NCBI GenBank assembly: GCA_964565945.1
Contig: CAZMGY010000011.1
Location: 80,390-112,389, forward strand
Length of the DNA stretch: 32,000 bases
Reading direction: 5' to 3'
Source of the DNA: an uncultured bacterium
Lineage (GTDB): Bacteria; GCA-001730085
Shown one piece after another: positions 26,852 to 32,000 of the stretch. Under the pieces are notes generated by a model. That model saw nothing but the letters and a program-made list of their open reading frames with translations. It made no database searches and was not told the DNA's origin. The translations under genes and the position numbers were made by a program. Every line of letters starts with the position of its first letter. The stretch's first letter is position 1.

Positions 26852-27073
26852 ATGCCAACTTACGATTATCGATGCACAGACTGTGCCCATGTTTTCGAAA
26901 TATTTCATGGAATAAATGAAAGCCCCGAGTGTTTGTGTGAAAAGTGCCAACATATTGCTGAAAAACAGGTTGGTGCTGGTTCGGGCATTATTTTTAAAGG
27001 AAGTGGTTTTTACACCACCGACTATAACCGTAGCAGTCAGTATAAAGAAGCCGTTCAAAAAGAAGCGTCGTAA
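26852..27073 (+). CDS. FmdB-family zinc-ribbon protein
   Basis: The sequence MPTYDYRCTDCAHVFE......E....CEKCQ......VGAGSGIIFKGSGFY.TDY is the CxxC...CxxC FmdB/Zn-ribbon signature. The ATG at 26852 is preferred to the track's TTG at 26843. Confidence 0.8.
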   Translation: MPTYDYRCTDCAHVFEIFHGINESPECLCEKCQHIAEKQVGAGSGIIFKGSGFYTTDYNRSSQYKEAVQKEAS

Positions 27074-27076
27074 CGC

Positions 27077-27532
27077 ATGCTCCTCATACGCAGGGCTAAC
27101 CTTGCTGATATTCCTTATCTCTTACCTTTGGTTGAGCACTTTGCTCAGCAGGATATTTTATTGCCTAAAACAAGGCTCCAAATGGAGCAAGAGATTGAGG
27201 CTTTTATGGTATGTGAGTTGAGCGGTTCTTTGGTTGGATGTGGAGCTCTCAAAAAAGGTTGGGGTCCCTTGGCTGAGATCCGCACTTTGGCAGTGGATGA
27301 TCAATATCAAGGCTTGGGGGCTGGTCAAGAGCTAGTGAAAGCCTTGTTAGACTATGCTCGAAAGTGTGATGTGAGTGATGTGTTTGTGTTAACATATAAA
27401 AAGGAATTTTTTGAACAATTCGGTTTTTCCACCATTGATAAAGCCCAATTGCCCGAAAAAGTGTGGTCCGATTGTGTGCACTGTATTCACTACGAAGATT
27501 GCCATGAGATTGCTATGCTTTTGGCGTTATGA
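27077..27532 (+). CDS. GNAT-family N-acetyltransferase (short ArgA/amino-acid acetyltransferase-like)
   Basis: The 151-aa ORF has IRRANLADIPYLLPLV and the acetyl-CoA binding motif LAVDDQYQGLGAGQELVKALLDYA. Its size and pattern resemble short N-acetylglutamate-synthase-like GNATs. The substrate is not determinable. Confidence 0.8.
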   Translation: MLLIRRANLADIPYLLPLVEHFAQQDILLPKTRLQMEQEIEAFMVCELSGSLVGCGALKKGWGPLAEIRTLAVDDQYQGLGAGQELVKALLDYARKCDVSDVFVLTYKKEFFEQFGFSTIDKAQLPEKVWSDCVHCIHYEDCHEIAMLLAL

Positions 27533-27552
27533 GTTGAGATTAGCAGAGATTT

Positions 27553-27585
27553 GGTCATCCTGCGACTTGACCGTGGGATGATAGT
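27553..27585. repeat. single-arm copy of the palindromic intergenic repeat
   Basis: tcatcctgcgacttgaccgtgggat matches 23/25 positions of tcattctgcgacttgatcgtgggat in the 20617-20700 element. It lies 21 nt after the GNAT stop. It could form a local tcatcc/ggatga stem. Confidence 0.45.
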
Positions 27586-27642
27586 TGATTGCTGGGTAAT
27601 AACCATAGATAAGAAATTGAAAAGGACAAAAGGAGCAATAAC

Positions 27643-28674
27643 ATGCATAAAATAGCCGTGATTCCTGGAGACGGAATTGGTCCAGAAGTGATTAAGGTTG
27701 GCCTAGAGGTTTTGGAAGCGGTGGCTCAAAAACATACTATTTCCTATGAAACAAAGACCTTCCCTCATGGAGGCGAGCATTATTTAACCACAGGTGAAGC
27801 CTTGTCGGATGAGATTGTTGCCGAGCTTAAAACCTTTGAGGCGATTTTTTTGGGAGCTGTTGGTGCTCCTGATGTTCCACCAGGGATTTTGGAAAAGGGT
27901 ATTTTGCTTAAATTGCGTTTTGAACTGGATCAGTACATCAATTTGCGCCCAGTTCGCCTTTACCCTGGAGTTGAAACACCGATTAAGGGGAAGTCAGCTG
28001 AAGATTTGGACTACATTGTGGTGCGTGAAAACACGGGTGGCTTGTACACGGGCATTGGTGGCCAGAGCATGCGTGGTACCAAAGACGAAGTAGCCACACA
28101 GTCGATGTTGTACAACTATGTTCAAGTTGAGCGGTGCTTGCGTTATGCTTTTGAAACAGCTCAAAAACGGCCTCGCAAATTATTGGCCTTGGTGGGCAAA
28201 TCTAATGTGTTGACCCATGTGTTTGATTTATGGGTTCGAGTCTTTAATAATCTTGCTAAAGACTATCCTGATGTAACCACCGAGTACTATCATGTTGATG
28301 CTGTTTGTATGCACATGATCAATGCGCCAGAGCGATTTGATGTGATGGTGACCACCAATATGTTTGGCGATATTGTGACCGACTTGGGCGCGGCGACACA
28401 GGGTGGCATGGGTATGGCTTGCAGTGGAAACTTAAATCCAGATCGGATAGCACCTTCGATGTTTGAACCTGTTCATGGATCGGCACCTGATATTGCTGGA
28501 CAAAACAAAGCTAATCCTTTGGCGACAGTGATGACAGTGAAGATGATGTTGGAATTTTTGGGTGAAGATGCGTCTGCTGAAACGGTGGATCAAGCGATTG
28601 TGAAGGTGACCCAAGAAGGTTTTAAAAATGTGCCGACCGATGAATTAGGCCGTCGCATATTGCAACATATTTAA
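27643..28674 (+). CDS. isocitrate/isopropylmalate dehydrogenase family oxidoreductase (3-isopropylmalate / tartrate / D-malate dehydrogenase-like)
   Basis: The 343-aa ORF has the motifs IAVIPGDGIGPEV, LGAVGAPDVP, NLRP, VVRENTGGLY, RPRKLL, N.FGDIVTDL and SMFEPVHGSAPDIAG. From memory the pattern looks closer to the TtuC/D-malate subgroup than to classical LeuB. That cannot be settled without an alignment. Confidence 0.85.
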   Translation: MHKIAVIPGDGIGPEVIKVGLEVLEAVAQKHTISYETKTFPHGGEHYLTTGEALSDEIVAELKTFEAIFLGAVGAPDVPPGILEKGILLKLRFELDQYINLRPVRLYPGVETPIKGKSAEDLDYIVVRENTGGLYTGIGGQSMRGTKDEVATQSMLYNYVQVERCLRYAFETAQKRPRKLLALVGKSNVLTHVFDLWVRVFNNLAKDYPDVTTEYYHVDAVCMHMINAPERFDVMVTTNMFGDIVTDLGAATQGGMGMACSGNLNPDRIAPSMFEPVHGSAPDIAGQNKANPLATVMTVKMMLEFLGEDASAETVDQAIVKVTQEGFKNVPTDELGRRILQHI

Positions 28675-28689
28675 AAAAGAGGAAAAGCA

Positions 28690-29691
28690 ATGAGTAAAGA
28701 TTATTGTGTGGCCGTAGTCGGTGCAACGGGTGCTGTCGGTCGAGAAATGTTGAATATCTTGGAAGAACGCAACTTTCCCGTGGGTCAGTTGAAATTACTA
28801 GCTTCGACTCGTTCGGCAGGGCAAACCTTGCCCTTTAAAGGAGAGGATATTACGGTTGAAAAATTAACCAAAGATTCCTTTGAAGGTGTCGAGATTGCTT
28901 TGTTTAGCGCAGGAAGATTGATCAGTCAAACTTATTGTCCAATTGCGGTGAAGGCTGGGGCTGTTTGCGTCGATAACACCAGTGCTTTTCGCATAGATCC
29001 CGAAGTGCCTTTGGTAGTTCCCGAAGTGAATCCCGAAGAAGTGAAGAATCATAAAGGCATTATTGCGAACCCAAACTGTTCGACCATTCAGATGGTGGTG
29101 GCTCTTAAGCCGATTCATGATGCCCTTAAGATCAAGCGCGTGGTGGTATCAACCTACCAAGCTGTGGCGGGTGCCGGGGCTCGGGGCATTATTGAGCTCG
29201 AAGAACAAGTTAAAGATCTTTCCAAGGGGAAACCAGTTAAGCCCGAAATTTTTACTCATCAGATTGCCTTTAATGCGATTCCGCATATAGATGTATTTTT
29301 GGACAACGGCTTCACCCAAGAAGAAATGAAGATGATTAACGAAACACGTAAAATCCTTAAAGCTCCGGACATGGCGGTGACCGCCACCACTGTCCGCATT
29401 CCTGTTGTGCGGGCACATTCGGAGTCGGTGAACATTGAGACCGAAAAAGACCTGTCTGTTGACGACATGAAAGACCTCTTAGCCAAGAGCCCTGGAGTGA
29501 CCGTGCTTGATGATCCTGAGAATAGCAAATATCCTTTGCCTGTTGATGTGGCGGGAACGGATGAGACTTTTGTGGGACGAATTCGTCGCGATGAAAGTGT
29601 CGATAAAGGTTACCACTTGTGGATTGTAGCCGATAATTTACGCAAAGGTGCTGCTTTGAATACGGTTCAGATCGCCGAGCTCCTTATCTAG
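28690..29691 (+). CDS. asd: aspartate-semialdehyde dehydrogenase
   Basis: The 333-aa ORF has VAVVGATGAVGREM, the active-site NPNCSTIQ, STYQAVAGAG and AHSESVNIE. Confidence 0.9.
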   Translation: MSKDYCVAVVGATGAVGREMLNILEERNFPVGQLKLLASTRSAGQTLPFKGEDITVEKLTKDSFEGVEIALFSAGRLISQTYCPIAVKAGAVCVDNTSAFRIDPEVPLVVPEVNPEEVKNHKGIIANPNCSTIQMVVALKPIHDALKIKRVVVSTYQAVAGAGARGIIELEEQVKDLSKGKPVKPEIFTHQIAFNAIPHIDVFLDNGFTQEEMKMINETRKILKAPDMAVTATTVRIPVVRAHSESVNIETEKDLSVDDMKDLLAKSPGVTVLDDPENSKYPLPVDVAGTDETFVGRIRRDESVDKGYHLWIVADNLRKGAALNTVQIAELLI

Positions 29692-29693
29692 CG

Positions 29694-30434
29694 ATGCCTC
29701 GTTATCATTTAGGTCTAGAGTTTTGTGGTACACGGTTTTCAGGCTGGCTTAAGCAGCCAGATGTGCGTACGGTTGAAGGAGTTTTGACTAAAACTTTGGA
29801 GATGCTGCTGGAACAACCGATTAACCTGATGGGCTGTAGTCGTACTGATGCGGGTGTGCATGCGGCTGAGTATCATGTTCATTTGGATGTCGAGGATATA
29901 CGTATTCCTTTGCAACGTTTTGCTCGTACCATCAATGCGATGTTGCCGCAAGATATGGCGGTGAGGTTTATTAATGAAGCTCCCAAAGGTTTTCATGCGG
30001 TGGCCTGCGCGACGCATAAAATCTATCACTATACCGTACGCAACCGACCTTTACGGGGAGGGTTGGATAGCGGTACTTGCTGGCATGTCTCGTTTGACCT
30101 TGATTGGGATCGGATTCAAAAAGTATCTCTTGACTTGGTGGGGGAGCATAACTTCAAAAGTTTTTGTTCGGAGCCCGAAAGGGTCAAGCAGCATATCCGT
30201 CGCGTGATGTCTTTGCAATGGTTTGAGCACGATGTTTATTGGGTCATGGAGGTGACCGCCAATGGCTTTTTGTACAACATGGTTCGCATTATGGTAGGTA
30301 CGCTGATCGATATCGGACGTGGTCAAATTTCTGCTAATGCCATTCCAGCGATGTTGGCTGCCCAAGATCGCCGTCAGGCAGGTCCTACAGCTCCCGCCCG
30401 AGGTCTTTGCTTATGCCAGACTTTTTATGAGTAA
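29694..30434 (+). CDS. truA: tRNA pseudouridine(38-40) synthase
   Basis: The 246-aa ORF has YHL.LEF.GT.F.GW..Q, the catalytic CSRTDAGVHA, GEHNF.SF and FLYNMVRIMVGTL. Confidence 0.9.
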   Translation: MPRYHLGLEFCGTRFSGWLKQPDVRTVEGVLTKTLEMLLEQPINLMGCSRTDAGVHAAEYHVHLDVEDIRIPLQRFARTINAMLPQDMAVRFINEAPKGFHAVACATHKIYHYTVRNRPLRGGLDSGTCWHVSFDLDWDRIQKVSLDLVGEHNFKSFCSEPERVKQHIRRVMSLQWFEHDVYWVMEVTANGFLYNMVRIMVGTLIDIGRGQISANAIPAMLAAQDRRQAGPTAPARGLCLCQTFYE

Positions 30435-30853
30435 TGACAAGAAATTAAATGGATTTTGATATTTGATATATGGAATTCGAAAAGATAAATTTTACACTCA
30501 AGTCAATACACTGGTTGGTTGGCATCAAATGGAAGATATTAATTTGGAGAAGAGCTTTTGGGATATTTTTAAAGATATGGGCGATCCCTAAGATCTTATT
30601 GATGTTTTTAAGGTATTGCATCAAAAAATGCGCGCTGGAACTGGTTAGGATAAAAATTTGCGTCAAAATTTGAAGGATACTTTAAGGAATACACTCCATT
30701 TGGAGAAAGCTTATAAAAAATTGTTGGGAGTGCCGAGGTTCTGAAGTAGATTTTTCCTCCTTTGCTTATTAGCAGCAATTCTTCCAAGCCTTAGATTAAA
30801 TTTATTGATTAAATGAATTTCATTGATACAATACATTATAAGAATAGTCTCTT

Positions 30854-32000
30854 ATGAAATACATGAAAAGGAATGGTGTCGTGAAGCGTTATTTGAATCT
30901 TGGAATCATCAATCTTTGTGTAAGTCTTTATGCAACCGTTAATCTTATGGCCTTGGCCACCCATTCACAAATAGCGGAGTTACCTTTATCTTCGCGGCAA
31001 TTACAAAAATCTGAGTCTGAGCTTGTAAGCGAATTAGAATTCATGTCGCTCGATAGTAAATGGACGGCGACAGTTCGGGCCTATAAGATGAGAACTCCTT
31101 TGGATAACTGTCACATTCGTATTTATGAAGGGGACTCTTTGGTTGCCGAGGTGATTCATCCAATGCTCCGTTCTTTTGGAGCGATTGACATCCATATGAC
31201 TAAGAATCGTGTTGTGGAGTTCAGGATGTTTAAAGATCATTATAAGGAGGAGGCACGTGCCAAATGGGATCAGTTAGTGACGCGAGGTGTTTTGGAGGAG
31301 AGTACAGACGATGGGGTTTGGGCGAATGTGGTGTCTCCTGGAAAACTTAAAAGTCTTCAGATGACAGATGAAGATAGAGAAATTTTAGCTTACTTTTTTA
31401 CAGATGAGAAGGTGACTTATACGCATGATGATGCTTCGAAAGAAGTTTGGAAAGAGTTCTTTGGGGGCTTAGCAAAAGAGCTATATAAAAAACCCCTGGA
31501 AGAGGCGCTGGTGTTTTGGAACAGTTTACTACCGATCTGGGAAAAATATGACTTGTTGGATAACTTGCGTGCCAAATTGGAAGAAGAAATTTATTACATA
31601 TTCACAACCAAAATTTATGCGGTGACGGATGCAGAGGGCTTGGGTTCTATTGATTGGCAGGGGTCTTCGGGTGAATTGGTGCATGTGATCCACCACAAGT
31701 TTAGTCCTGTGGTGGCCGACTTACCGACTGTTTACCAAGATCCTTTTTTGAAAGTGTACGAGCATAAGGATATTGAAGCAGCGAAGGTTTTGGTTGATGC
31801 AAAAGGGGTTAAGCATGTATTTATCCCCAAAGGCAAGCTTGGGGAAATCGCTAGGATGGAACTGAATCTCTCTAAGCGGGAATTTGAAAAAATCACTCAG
31901 TACATCACTTTTCAACTTGAACAACGAGAGTTGGAAAAGGGAAAAGCCAGGATGGATCAAGGTTCTTCCAAAAAATCAAGAATATTTCCGTTTTTTAGTC
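30854..32000 (+). CDS. hypothetical exported or membrane-anchored protein, 3'-partial (runs off the window)
   Basis: My manual translation from ATG 30854 gives 382 codons with no stop up to position 32000. The ORF is absent from the supplied track, presumably because it has no stop in the window. The N-terminus MKYMKRNGVVKRYLNLGIINLCVSLYATVNLMALA looks like a signal peptide or anchor. The remainder has coding-like composition but no motif I recognise. Confidence 0.6.
   Translation, partial: MKYMKRNGVVKRYLNLGIINLCVSLYATVNLMALATHSQIAELPLSSRQLQKSESELVSELEFMSLDSKWTATVRAYKMRTPLDNCHIRIYEGDSLVAEVIHPMLRSFGAIDIHMTKNRVVEFRMFKDHYKEEARAKWDQLVTRGVLEESTDDGVWANVVSPGKLKSLQMTDEDREILAYFFTDEKVTYTHDDASKEVWKEFFGGLAKELYKKPLEEALVFWNSLLPIWEKYDLLDNLRAKLEEEIYYIFTTKIYAVTDAEGLGSIDWQGSSGELVHVIHHKFSPVVADLPTVYQDPFLKVYEHKDIEAAKVLVDAKGVKHVFIPKGKLGEIARMELNLSKREFEKITQYITFQLEQRELEKGKARMDQGSSKKSRIFPFFS

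Noticed and set aside
26504-27058. Long antisense ORFs: 184 aa here, plus 178 aa at 17872-18408, 156 aa at 15587-16057, 149 aa at 18982-19431 and 140 aa at 22039-22461
   Set aside because: Each is fully antisense to a confidently identified conserved gene (rpsI/fmdB, pheS, leuS, pheT, pyrB/pyrC'). Their translations are low-complexity and rich in His, Arg and Asn. They are typical shadow ORFs.
30470-30673. 67-aa plus-strand and 73-aa minus-strand ORFs in the truA-downstream gap
   Set aside because: They form a mutually antisense pair in AT-rich sequence, with Ile/Lys/Phe-biased translations and no RBS. This is consistent with non-coding or decayed DNA.

Overview
This 32-kb window is a tightly packed block of core housekeeping genes, almost all on the plus strand. 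It comes from a Gram-negative (LPS-exporting) bacterium whose GC content looks moderate to low by eye (roughly 40-45%, not computed). The gene order is as follows. Block 1: lptB, hpf, ptsN, hprK, ptsH, ptsI, a sugar-nucleotidyltransferase, metK and RNase P RNA. This is followed by a decayed IS1380-family relic. Block 2: a ROK-type regulator, murC, yjbQ, yraN, a frameshifted 2OG-Fe(II) oxygenase pseudogene, a GT4 glycosyltransferase, a NIF3-family gene, leuS, pheS and pheT. A 570-bp gap follows. Block 3: pyrB, a pyrC'-like gene, ffh and smpB. An AT-rich gap holding the only minus-strand ORF follows. Block 4: rplM, rpsI, an FmdB zinc-ribbon gene, a GNAT gene, an isopropylmalate/tartrate dehydrogenase-family gene, asd and truA. 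Another AT-rich gap follows, then an orphan signal-peptide ORF that runs off the 3' edge and is absent from the supplied ORF track. I found no rRNA, tRNA, tmRNA or CRISPR array, and no recognisable defence, toxin or secretion module. I cannot honestly point to a convincing novel multi-gene system. Seven observations seem worth a second look: (1) a short palindromic intergenic repeat family with three copies; (2) a pyrB-overlapping dihydroorotase homologue whose metal-ligand motifs are degenerate, like PyrC'; (3) a PheT that lacks the N-terminal tRNA-binding OB domain; (4) a regulatory PTS cluster with HprK joined directly to lptB-hpf, with no rpoN; (5) a multiply disrupted oxygenase gene, one lesion lying in a G8 tract; (6) an IS1380 relic abutting rnpB; (7) the orphan exported protein at the window edge. 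All family assignments rest on motif-level reading of the translations. No database search was run.
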